Shown in pieces: positions 9,796 through 17,954 of a stretch of DNA of 64,000 nucleotides. Source of the stretch: a virus; the IMG/VR virus record IMGVR_UViG_3300030110_004856, positions 17,585-81,584 of that record; one strand, given 5' to 3'. Every line of letters starts with the position of its first letter. Position 1 is the stretch's first letter. The notes beneath the pieces are model-generated. The model was not told the origin of the DNA. It searched no databases and saw only the letters and a list, made by a program, of their open reading frames with translations. Both the position numbers and the translations under genes were made by a program.

Positions 9796-10317
9796 TCAAC
9801 TCAGTTGTTGGAATTGAACAGAAGGAGGAATCATGTTGCTGCCGGGGGCATTCAACATGGAGTAGTTGTCACCAAGGTTGGGATAATCACATTCAGCCGG
9901 TCTCTGTGAAGAGAGCTGATCCATGTGCTGATTCTGGTTTTGCTGGATGTAAGAAAGCAGATGCATAATTGCATCGACCGCCCCAGGTTGGTCTCCAACC
10001 ATTTCCAAAAGTTGCAGAATTTCTGGGTCCAGCTCAGGGGTTGCGTCAGTACGCATCCGTGAAGCCAGATACTGGCGCTCCATCGGATGGTTGTTGTCGG
10101 GATACCCATTCAAAGAGTGGGTGGCACCAGTGTTTTGCATACCCTGGTTATCCATCCCTGGCGGAGGAGGAGTGCCACCACGGCCAAATTCCCGCAACAC
10201 CATAGCGACCATGGGTGCAGCAGCCGCTCTTTCCGCATCGTTCTGGGGAATTGGTGCGCCTAAGGCACGTGCTGCTAGTTCGTATTCAGCAGGAGAAAAC
10301 ACCAGACCCCATTGCAA
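9796..10317 (-). CDS. Hypothetical Gln/Pro/Met-rich protein
   Basis: ORF track; the true start is probably a few codons downstream (VFSPAEY). Confidence 0.6.
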   Translation of the reverse strand: MQWGLVFSPAEYELAARALGAPIPQNDAERAAAAPMVAMVLREFGRGGTPPPPGMDNQGMQNTGATHSLNGYPDNNHPMERQYLASRMRTDATPELDPEILQLLEMVGDQPGAVDAIMHLLSYIQQNQNQHMDQLSSQRPAECDYPNLGDNYSMLNAPGSNMIPPSVQFQQLS

Positions 10318-10564
10318 CTTCTCCTTCCATCATACCTTTAATAAACAAAAGGTCGCCAGGTTGACATTCAAGATACAAACAGATCTTCTCTAGAACGTCA
10401 GGAGAAGGAATGTACTTTTCGTCAGTGTATATTTTGCGTGTGGTCGTCGGAGACAAGTCCGCCGCTTTACTCAACGCAAAAGATGAAAGCCCTTTACCCT
10501 CCAACAGACTCTTGAGGTTGTTGAACAGTCTGCCTTGGGTGGGGTAAGAAGAGTAGAAAGGCAT
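10286..10564 (-). CDS. Cro/C1-type (Xre, HTH_26-like) transcriptional regulator
   Basis: 'LKSLLEGKGLSSFALSKAADLSPTTTRKIY...LEKICLYLECQPGDLL' is a classic Xre HTH. Confidence 0.88.
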   Translation of the reverse strand: MPFYSSYPTQGRLFNNLKSLLEGKGLSSFALSKAADLSPTTTRKIYTDEKYIPSPDVLEKICLYLECQPGDLLFIKGMMEGEVAMGSGVFSC

Positions 10565-10569
10565 TAACC

Positions 10570-11253
10570 TTAGTGCAAGAACTTGAAGCCTTCAGAGATA
10601 TCCACTAGGCCGGTACCAGTAAAGTGACCAAAACTAGTGAGATCAATTTTTGGGCTTTCGATACGACGCCAGTTGACGAGTTCACTGGTAAAGCGAATGT
10701 CATCAAGAAGCATGTACCTAGTTTTGTTCTCCATACTAAGCGTGGAAAGCAAAGAGTAAAACTTTTCCTCAAATACTCCATCCTTACAAGCATCGACCAT
10801 GATGAAGTCTGCTTGCTGTAGCAAAGCAGAGAACTTCTGGAAGTTGTCGGGATCCGTGAGATCAGCCAGATGCTGGGTTAAGCGACCGCCATTTTCTACG
10901 AAATCTCCTTCATTCAGAAATGTTGGTTCGAACTCGTGCCACGGCGTTAAATCAAAAGTATGGATTTTTGCCCTGGAAGCAAAGTCGTACATCACACGAG
11001 TACCTGTACCCATGTGCGTACCAATATCTACAATGCAGGTTGGACGAAGGGAAGTGAGAAGACCAGCCAACAGGCGGTAATGATCACCAGGGAAAGCGTT
11101 AGCAAAAGGATTATTAATATGCGACAGATCCGTACCAGCAGCAATTGTCAGGGCTTGGCAGATCAAACCATAGTCGTCAAAAGTCTGAGCTGCAGGATCG
11201 TCATCAACGGAAAGCAGCTTGCTATTAACGACGTGTCGAACGGTGTATGACAT
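10570..11253 (-). CDS. Class I SAM-dependent methyltransferase
   Basis: Motif I 'IVDIGTHMGTGT', 'ADFIMVD', 'LLDDI'. Confidence 0.82.
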   Translation of the reverse strand: MSYTVRHVVNSKLLSVDDDPAAQTFDDYGLICQALTIAAGTDLSHINNPFANAFPGDHYRLLAGLLTSLRPTCIVDIGTHMGTGTRVMYDFASRAKIHTFDLTPWHEFEPTFLNEGDFVENGGRLTQHLADLTDPDNFQKFSALLQQADFIMVDACKDGVFEEKFYSLLSTLSMENKTRYMLLDDIRFTSELVNWRRIESPKIDLTSFGHFTGTGLVDISEGFKFLH

Positions 11254-12023
11254 CAGAAACCCAGGTGCTTGCGACGGACGAACTCTAGGTCATAGGTGGT
11301 GAAATCAACTGGCATTTCAGGGATGTCAAAAGGAGTCTTGTACGTCTCTCCTTCTACGTGCCCTTGCCACGCCTCGTTCCACTTCATGTGTAGATACTTC
11401 TTATTCATCTCATGCGCCATGTGAATTGCATTGGCGATCTCAGGTTCCGAACGCCAAGTCTGACTGCCGTCGCTGTAATCGTTCTTTTTAGTACCGTGGT
11501 AGTAGCCCTTACTGAGTTGCATGACACGTTTCATGCCATCGTGAATGAACCTCATGCCATAGTCCATATCCTCGCAATAACCGGGATACAAGTTTTCATC
11601 AAACAGACCGTACTTTTCAACTACCCAATCCTTCAGAGCAAAAATATCCCAGCCTCCTCCAGAGCCGTGGACGATACCAACCATCTCGTTTTGAGCAGCG
11701 ATATGCATTTCTTCCAGGAACCCTGGTTCAAACATCACATCATGGTTAGAGATAATCCAATAAGGCTCCTTCATGAAAGTCTTGATAATCAAGTTCCATG
11801 CACCTGAGCACCCAACGTTGGCAGGTAGATGACACACATGTACCTTTTTAACAAAAGGATTGCTCATGTCATGTAGAGCATCTACCTCTTTAGTTATCTG
11901 TCCCCTACCGTTATTATTAAATACTACAAAGTTATCTACAGGGAAATCGATTGACATGTACAACCGATGAAGCCAATACGGAGCATTGACAATCGCAGTC
12001 CCAAGGACCGGAATCGAATCCAT
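11253..12023 (-). CDS. Glycosyltransferase family 2-like
   Basis: 'FVVFNN', 'NVGCSGAWN', 'ISNHDV', 'GLFDENLYPGYCEDMDY'. Confidence 0.85.
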   Translation of the reverse strand: MDSIPVLGTAIVNAPYWLHRLYMSIDFPVDNFVVFNNNGRGQITKEVDALHDMSNPFVKKVHVCHLPANVGCSGAWNLIIKTFMKEPYWIISNHDVMFEPGFLEEMHIAAQNEMVGIVHGSGGGWDIFALKDWVVEKYGLFDENLYPGYCEDMDYGMRFIHDGMKRVMQLSKGYYHGTKKNDYSDGSQTWRSEPEIANAIHMAHEMNKKYLHMKWNEAWQGHVEGETYKTPFDIPEMPVDFTTYDLEFVRRKHLGF

Positions 12024-12047
12024 AAAAACTGAAGCAGTATCAGTATA

Positions 12048-12422
12048 TTACTGCTTAGTTTCGTAATTGAAACAACCTTCTGCGTCAGCGGACCCAGCTT
12101 CTGGGTAACCAAACCCACAGCCTTTCACATCAAAATGATCGCACGAGTAGCAGATCACGTGTCTCGTTGATTCTTGGAGTTCACTAGGAGCTGAGGGAGA
12201 AATAAGGTTTCTCACGTCGCGCATAGTTCTACGAAGCTCCACTAACTCATCGTAGGAAGAGCCAGGTATTTCGTAGGTAGTTTCGCGATAATCGCAATGT
12301 TTGCAACGGTATCGCCGCCGTTTTCCTTCCACGGTGTCTCTTGATTCAATGGTCTTGAATCCAGATTCCCCGCATTTCGGACAGCAACGACTTCTAGTCG
12401 CAGGGAAGTTTGAGATTGTCAT
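12048..12422 (-). CDS. Zn-ribbon protein (NrdR N-terminal-like)
   Basis: 'CPKCGES...IESR...RRRYRCKHCDYRETTYE' plus a second C-terminal Cys cluster. Confidence 0.7.
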   Translation of the reverse strand: MTISNFPATRSRCCPKCGESGFKTIESRDTVEGKRRRYRCKHCDYRETTYEIPGSSYDELVELRRTMRDVRNLISPSAPSELQESTRHVICYSCDHFDVKGCGFGYPEAGSADAEGCFNYETKQ

Positions 12423-12466
12423 CAGTAGTTTTTTTATAGCTCCGCCACTGAGGGCGGAATCAAAGC

Positions 12467-12709
12467 TTACTTAAACGAGACTGCTAGTAATCGGGTTTGC
12501 CTTTTTCTGTCATCATTCCAATGGCCGGAACAATCGTGACCACAAAAAGGTCCATTCATCTCTGGTTTACGACTTTTACGTCGGTTCCACTCCCTTAGCC
12601 TTGCTCCTTTAAGTTTGAACTCTTTTCCGCACTTCGGACAAACGAAGCTCTTAGGCAGAGCCTCTGCAAACACTGATGTTTTCAAGCTTTTCAAAAATCG
12701 AATGACCAC
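12467..12709 (-). CDS. Small Zn-finger protein
   Basis: 'CPKCGKEF...FCGHDCS' (TRASH/YHS-like CxxC...CxxxC). Confidence 0.55.
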   Translation of the reverse strand: MVIRFLKSLKTSVFAEALPKSFVCPKCGKEFKLKGARLREWNRRKSRKPEMNGPFCGHDCSGHWNDDRKRQTRLLAVSFK

Positions 12710-12725
12710 CCTAACCCATGTAAGT

Positions 12726-13097
12726 TCACCGAGACCCTTTTAGTAATTGACTTTTAGCTTTTAAAAAGCAATACCGAGAATCAGTCTTTCCTTGCGACTG
12801 AAGCAGCTGAAAGTTGCACTCGTTTTTTAAATCACGTAATTTGTTGTTTCGCTCAGTGTTCTCACTAACCCAAAAGAACGCAGGAACCAATAAAGCAAGA
12901 AAAAACAATCCAACAAGGTTTCCAACGACCGCATTGAGGATTTCAGGGGAACGCCAGATACCAACTGAGTGAAAGATGTCTCTGGAGTCAAAACGAAAGC
13001 TATGTCCTCGACTAGAAACGACGGGAGGACGATATCCGCGTCTTTTTTGCTTGCTCATGGTGTTTTTGTTGTTATACAAAAAGCATACACCACTCAA
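12726..13097 (-). CDS. Hypothetical membrane protein
   Basis: Single hydrophobic segment 'AVVGNLVGLFFLALLVPAFFWV'; start probably at MSKQK. Confidence 0.5.
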   Translation of the reverse strand: MSGVCFLYNNKNTMSKQKRRGYRPPVVSSRGHSFRFDSRDIFHSVGIWRSPEILNAVVGNLVGLFFLALLVPAFFWVSENTERNNKLRDLKNECNFQLLQSQGKTDSRYCFLKAKSQLLKGSR

Positions 13098-13152
13098 AAG
13101 CTACTGGCAAGCCTTGTTATGAGTGCTAACATGCTGAAAATGCGGATTTTTA

Positions 13153-13875
13153 GTGACAAGCAAGTTCAAAGAGCTGATGGCACAGCTGAATGACGAAGAA
13201 GTGGCTGTCCCAGCCCCTACTGGGTCTCCTTTAACTAAGCAAGTGACTCTCAAAGACAAAAAGAAGCTTAGTGATCGCTATAACTTCAATCAAGGGTGGT
13301 ATGACGCTCTGTTGAACACAGATGCAGTACTAAATGAGGCTCCAGAGGGTGAAATCTTCCGTTTGGACCCAAAAGAGAAGCGTCAGATCGTCGAAATTGG
13401 CGTTTACGAAGGTGCATCAACCTGTTTTTGGTCTGATTTCTACCTTGATCACCCAGAATCAAGGTTGATCTCCATTGATCCGTTCACTGGAAGCATCGAA
13501 CACCACGAAAACCCTGAAAATTACCCTGAACTAGGCTGTATTGAGTACACAGCACGGGGAAATGTCGCCAAATCTGATAACGCTGCGAAAGTCGAAATCA
13601 TCAAAGGCTTTTCCTGGTTCGTATTTCAGGAACTGGTACTCAGGAACGAAACGGACAGATGGATTGATGTCCTATACATCGATGGAGCACATGACTCTGC
13701 CTCTGTTTCGCGTGATGTTGCTCTTTACTGTCCTATGGTTAAGCCTGGTGGCGTAGTGATCTTTGACGATTACGCACATCCAGATGTACAACGTGCTGTG
13801 GACATGACACTCAATGCATTTGCTACAGCTCAAAAAGCTATGTTTACCGGTTGGCAACTAGCAGTAAAGTTCTAG
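13153..13875 (+). CDS. Class I SAM-dependent methyltransferase (Methyltransf_24-like)
   Basis: 'VEIGVYEGAST', 'IDPF', 'DVLYIDGAH', 'KPGGVVIFDDY'. Confidence 0.88.
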   Translation: MTSKFKELMAQLNDEEVAVPAPTGSPLTKQVTLKDKKKLSDRYNFNQGWYDALLNTDAVLNEAPEGEIFRLDPKEKRQIVEIGVYEGASTCFWSDFYLDHPESRLISIDPFTGSIEHHENPENYPELGCIEYTARGNVAKSDNAAKVEIIKGFSWFVFQELVLRNETDRWIDVLYIDGAHDSASVSRDVALYCPMVKPGGVVIFDDYAHPDVQRAVDMTLNAFATAQKAMFTGWQLAVKF

Positions 13876-13883
13876 TCTCAAGT

Positions 13884-13901
13884 GTGATCATTTATGATCA
13901 T
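13884..13901. promoter_or_regulatory. Near-palindromic 18 bp motif GTGATCATTTATGATCAT (copy 1)
   Basis: 17/18 identical to 18485-18502; TGATCA-N4-TGATCA. Confidence 0.45.
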
Positions 13902-14011
13902 CAGCCTCGGAACTCGCGCTCCCCACAGTTCTAACAGCTTGCGGTAGTCACGGGCGTCGTTTCCCTCAATGACCCCACCCTCCTTCCATTACTACGACGG
14001 TTTACGTCATG

Positions 14012-14039
14012 GCCTCGTTTTTTACCACGGGGCTTTTTT
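14012..14039 (+). terminator. Rho-independent terminator
   Basis: GCCTCGT-loop-ACGGGGC stem followed by a T-run. Confidence 0.6.
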
Positions 14040-14047
14040 ATGCACAC

Positions 14048-14116
14048 AAAAAACTTCTCTCAAACCTTCTGGTTCTTGACAATAACGTCGCGCTTTATAA
14101 ACCATATACAAAGCTC
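14048..14116 (-). repeat. Dispersed non-coding element, copy A
   Basis: Reverse complement GAGCTTTgtatatggtttataaaGCGCGACgttaTTGTCAAG...AGAAGTTTTT aligns with 24373-24437 with the same GAGCTTT-to-GCGCGAC spacing. Confidence 0.7.
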
Positions 14117-14325
14117 TATGCACATTACGCATTCTCTAAGTTGTCCGGTCCCCACCTAAACCGCAGCCCTCAACTCACACAACGCATACAACACTTACAC
14201 TACTTAGTGCACACAACCCACATACATCATCCAATGACTCCTTGCGCATGCATCCACCAATACCAGACAGCACCAAAACCCACGGTGAAGTAAACCAAAT
14301 CCATCAGATCACTATATGCTCGGAA

Positions 14326-14913
14326 TCAGACTCTCCTCAAAACAGGAGGCACCTGTCTCATCCCACCAGCTAGTACTGGTTGTGCCGAACCGGGAACTGG
14401 AACTGAGTACTCAAAGTAACTACCATCGGGCTGAGTTACAGGACCACCTGGGTTGCGTGGGTCTCTCAGAGTATCGGGACGATCGAACGGTCTTGTGTAG
14501 TCATCATAAAATTTAGGTGCATACTGATCTCCTCCATAACCACGCTGGTCATAAGGAGTCAGTCCTTCAATCTCGTTACCTTGGTATCTTCTCTCTTGCT
14601 TTCTGTAAGGCAAGTTGTTCAAAAACTCACCCAAGTTAAAAGCAATACCACCTTGTGGTGAAAGCATAAAGTCCTTCTTGCCGTCCTCAATAAAAGTAGG
14701 CCGACCGTCATCTCCATAGATTCTTCTGAAATTAGGATCTTGCTCCTGTGGATACTGAATGTCACTTGGCTGGACTTCTATAGCTGGCTCCATTTCCTGA
14801 ATGTACTGCTGCAAAAACTCAAGAGCCTGGGCCTCCTCATCGATACCAGGAATGAACACACCACCCTCAACCATCGATGGAGAGAATCCCATAGGGGCCA
14901 TACCGTAGCTCAT
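14326..14913 (-). CDS. Hypothetical low-complexity protein
   Basis: 195 aa, Pro/Gly/Gln-rich. Confidence 0.6.
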   Translation of the reverse strand: MSYGMAPMGFSPSMVEGGVFIPGIDEEAQALEFLQQYIQEMEPAIEVQPSDIQYPQEQDPNFRRIYGDDGRPTFIEDGKKDFMLSPQGGIAFNLGEFLNNLPYRKQERRYQGNEIEGLTPYDQRGYGGDQYAPKFYDDYTRPFDRPDTLRDPRNPGGPVTQPDGSYFEYSVPVPGSAQPVLAGGMRQVPPVLRRV

Positions 14914-14937
14914 GTGATTAACCCAGTGAGTTGATAC

Positions 14938-15189
14938 TTACAGTTTAGATTCGGGCTCTTTTAGACCCATAAGACTAAGCGTAGTTGCAATTGCCACGCC
15001 GAACAAAGTTTCTGCGCGACCTCCCAAATCTGGACAAATTTGCTGCACCGAGGAATTCTCAGAGTTGCCAATCTTTTCAGCACACTTATAAAAACTGAAC
15101 CCGATTACCGCAAACTCAAAAACAAAAATTCCGACAAGAGTCCTCAATAAAAAGACATCTCGCCGGAATGGGGATCGCGGAGCAGTCAT
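14938..15189 (-). CDS. Small two-TM membrane protein
   Basis: Two hydrophobic helices flanking a Cys-containing loop. Confidence 0.6.
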   Translation of the reverse strand: MTAPRSPFRRDVFLLRTLVGIFVFEFAVIGFSFYKCAEKIGNSENSSVQQICPDLGGRAETLFGVAIATTLSLMGLKEPESKL

Positions 15190-15192
15190 GCT

Positions 15193-15468
15193 TTAGCGCA
15201 TGCCAAACCTAGGATCGCCACCTGATTCGATCATCATGTTTTGGAATCCATCGTTTGGAGCAACCTTCATTGCACCACGGCCATACTGCTGTTCGTTACT
15301 ACGAGGATCCGTGTACAGTGCCATGCCAGGTCCACCCTGGTTCATGCGACCTTGGGCAGCACGTCCGATTTCGTTAAGACGGGCACCAGCCATACGCATG
15401 CCAGGCATTTGCTCTCCACCGCTGCCGGGAGCCAAACCCATGCCAGGACCGCCTTGGTAAACGCCCAT
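15193..15468 (-). CDS. Hypothetical Gly/Met-rich protein
   Basis: Repeated 'QGGPGM' motif. Confidence 0.55.
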   Translation of the reverse strand: MGVYQGGPGMGLAPGSGGEQMPGMRMAGARLNEIGRAAQGRMNQGGPGMALYTDPRSNEQQYGRGAMKVAPNDGFQNMMIESGGDPRFGMR

Positions 15469-15508
15469 CGTATTTGCCTGTGAAAAACTGACTTAAATAA
15501 AGTCTAAC

Positions 15509-16288
15509 TCAAGAGTACCCAAACAGAACGTTGTTTACGTCCTTGCCGAACTTAACTGCTTTTTCGGGATCTTGCTTCCTCAGCTGATCGTAGTAATCGT
15601 TTATCTCTTGCTTAGTGAAATCTTGGTAATTACTTGCACCATCACTCAGTAGCATCTTCTTAACTTCTTCCACAGCGCTTTCGTTAGCAGAACTCTCAGG
15701 AGCACTAGGTGGTTGTTGTGAAGGTTGAATACTTTCTTCCTCAGAGGTGAGTGGAGCAAACGGATCTGTGCGACCCATCTCAACTGTAGGTTCCTCTTTT
15801 GTAGAAGCAGGCACTACAAACTCATTATCGTAGGGACCCACGCGCATCCTGCCGTCAGGGTCAAAGTTTGGATACGGATCTTTTTCACCACGCGCAATAC
15901 GAATTTCACGCTCACTCATCGACATAGGAGTCAAAGCTCCTGTTTTTTCATCAAAAACTGTCCCAGCTTCAAAAGGATTGTTGACATCATGAGCGACTCC
16001 AGCAGCCACAACTGAAACCGGACTCAACGGCAGCGTCAGTAAAATTTCAGCAGCAAGTAAATCCTTGTCAGGAATGTTTCTTCCAGTGGCTTCGTTTAGC
16101 GCATCAAGACCAAGTGCCGCAAGTATTCCACCACGCATGCCCGTGGGGTTGACTATACGCTTAGGATCCATGTAAATCCTACGTGGATCTAGAAAGCGAG
16201 GTACACGAACACTAGTACCCGGAATAGTAGGTTTCCTTCCAGCTGAGTTCAGAAAAGACTTATTTCCAAGAATATCTAACAGATTCAT
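15509..16288 (-). CDS. Hypothetical protein (possible virion protein)
   Basis: 259 aa; shares 'MGPY/FDN/DY' and 'SAVEEVKKMLL...KQEIN' segments with the C-terminal part of 16570-17385. Confidence 0.6.
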   Translation of the reverse strand: MNLLDILGNKSFLNSAGRKPTIPGTSVRVPRFLDPRRIYMDPKRIVNPTGMRGGILAALGLDALNEATGRNIPDKDLLAAEILLTLPLSPVSVVAAGVAHDVNNPFEAGTVFDEKTGALTPMSMSEREIRIARGEKDPYPNFDPDGRMRVGPYDNEFVVPASTKEEPTVEMGRTDPFAPLTSEEESIQPSQQPPSAPESSANESAVEEVKKMLLSDGASNYQDFTKQEINDYYDQLRKQDPEKAVKFGKDVNNVLFGYS

Positions 16289-16344
16289 TGTGACCTCTTT
16301 ATCCTTCTAGTTTACCGCCCGAACAGCATCTCGGTAACTTGCGC

Positions 16345-16551
16345 TTATTTGGTTGCGTCTTCGCCAAAGTGATACGAAATCTCCATAAGAGCTGCTCTAA
16401 ACATATAACGCAAGCGTCTAATTCGAACCTGCTCCTCTACATCGTCCCTGGAGCCTGCCCAGTTGGTGCAATGGTACTCAATAGTCTTAGATAGCTGTCG
16501 AACATCGTCCACGGAGAGCGAAAAATCGACTGACGGGCTCTTTTCTTTCAT
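16345..16551 (-). CDS. Hypothetical protein
   Basis: 68 aa ORF. Confidence 0.55.
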   Translation of the reverse strand: MKEKSPSVDFSLSVDDVRQLSKTIEYHCTNWAGSRDDVEEQVRIRRLRYMFRAALMEISYHFGEDATK

Positions 16552-16569
16552 AGTGAGGGTAAAAAAGTC

Positions 16570-17385
16570 CTAAATTACACTTTTACCGCCTTGAAAAGCC
16601 TCTGCAGCTTGTTGAGCAGCTTTGTCTAGAGCCAATCTAGTCCTTTGTTCTTCAGTTTGATCCTCTCGGAGCGCTCCAAGTACTTGATTTAAGCTTCGTT
16701 GCAAGTCTTGTACCTCTTTACTGTTTATTTCTTGCTTACGAAGTAGTAAAGCGTTTTTTACGTCTTCCACAGAGGAAGGCTCCAGCTGAAGTTTTATAAA
16801 TTTGTCAAGTTCTCTTTCCTCAGCAGAACGATAGTCATCGAACGGACCCATCTTGCCTACAGGCTTATCAAACCCGCTCCTATTTATGGGCATTCCATCT
16901 GAAGAAACCCTAGGATCTGGAGCAATCCCTTGTGGCTGACTAGCTACCTGTGTCGACGTAGCTTGCACAAACTGTCCAGGATCAGTATGGAACAACTCGA
17001 TCTCATACGGGCGACCTTGAGCATCGGTAATCTTGGCCACGCCAACGCCATTTTGTGAGTAGTACTCAGTGGCACCCTGTATAAACAGGGGAGTTCCCAT
17101 AGGGATCGCGTAATCCTGTCCCTTGTGGAAAGTAGAAGCTCCAGGAACTGGTGCCTGCCTAGGACCAAACCCCGAAGTCATGGGGTACGAAGTAATTGGT
17201 CGTCTGTTATCTCCTTCTCCAGCAAAGATACGACCTAGTAAGTCAGGGCGCGTGGCAGGGTCAATGTGCTGACCACGATTATCCCCAGACATAGGGATAA
17301 TCCTGAAGTCTCCGTGAGCACCTGTGGACGCAAAGGGATCTCTTGCAGGATCGATAACTTTTCCAGCCCGCAAGAAATCAGTCAC
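16570..17385 (-). CDS. M23-family peptidase-like protein (circularly permuted) with coiled-coil tail
   Basis: 'TSGFGPR...ASTFHKGQDYAIPMGTP' (HxxxD) and 'STGAHGDFRI...IDP' (STGPHLHF-like), the latter placed N-terminally. Confidence 0.7.
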   Translation of the reverse strand: MTDFLRAGKVIDPARDPFASTGAHGDFRIIPMSGDNRGQHIDPATRPDLLGRIFAGEGDNRRPITSYPMTSGFGPRQAPVPGASTFHKGQDYAIPMGTPLFIQGATEYYSQNGVGVAKITDAQGRPYEIELFHTDPGQFVQATSTQVASQPQGIAPDPRVSSDGMPINRSGFDKPVGKMGPFDDYRSAEERELDKFIKLQLEPSSVEDVKNALLLRKQEINSKEVQDLQRSLNQVLGALREDQTEEQRTRLALDKAAQQAAEAFQGGKSVI

Positions 17386-17615
17386 TTGAGCCCACGCGCC
17401 TTTTAGTCCCTTAAGTCTAAGCCAGAAATTTTTCTAGGATCGTGTTACCATATTGCTATTCCAACCTTTGAGGGTCGATTTACCTGGAAGATTCTGACCA
17501 TGTTCTCGCCGCCGTCGTGGGTCAGTCTAAATAATTAAAAAAAAGGGGCAGGTTGCGGGAGCCCAGAAAGTTATACATTGCGCCCTACTATATATTATTA
17601 TATATAATTAATCAC

Positions 17616-17660
17616 TATGTATTACTAACACACAAGGATTGCTATGTATTATTAACACAT
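17616..17660. repeat. Tandem direct repeat CTATGTATTAyTAACACA x2
   Basis: ctatgtattactaacacac (~17616) and ctatgtattattaacacat (~17642). Confidence 0.7.
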
Positions 17661-17954
17661 AGGGGGTGTACTTTCTTTTTTTAATTGTTCCTATCACGTA
17701 CCGCACTAAGTAACACTAACTTTATGTGTAGTTAGTAACACTTAGACCGTGTAATATCTCGAGGTTAGGTATACCTATCACATGTTAAGTTTTGTTACAA
17801 TAACATTTATCCTGCTCATTATATGATACTGCGTAACATCAACCGCATAGTCTTTAAGGTCCGTACCATTAATCACCGTGGTTGTCAAGCAATACAATCA
17901 GTTCCATCACTGGCACAATTGCGGTATCTCTAGCATCCCTTAGCGATTACATTA

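Noticed and set aside
14076-14104. TTGACA at 14076, 24314 and 62139 as sigma70 -35 boxes
   Set aside because: No acceptable -10 hexamer at 17 bp spacing; treated as part of the dispersed element.
14009-14293. 94 aa plus-strand ORF
   Set aside because: Starts inside a terminator, His-rich low-complexity translation, and overlaps non-coding element copy A.
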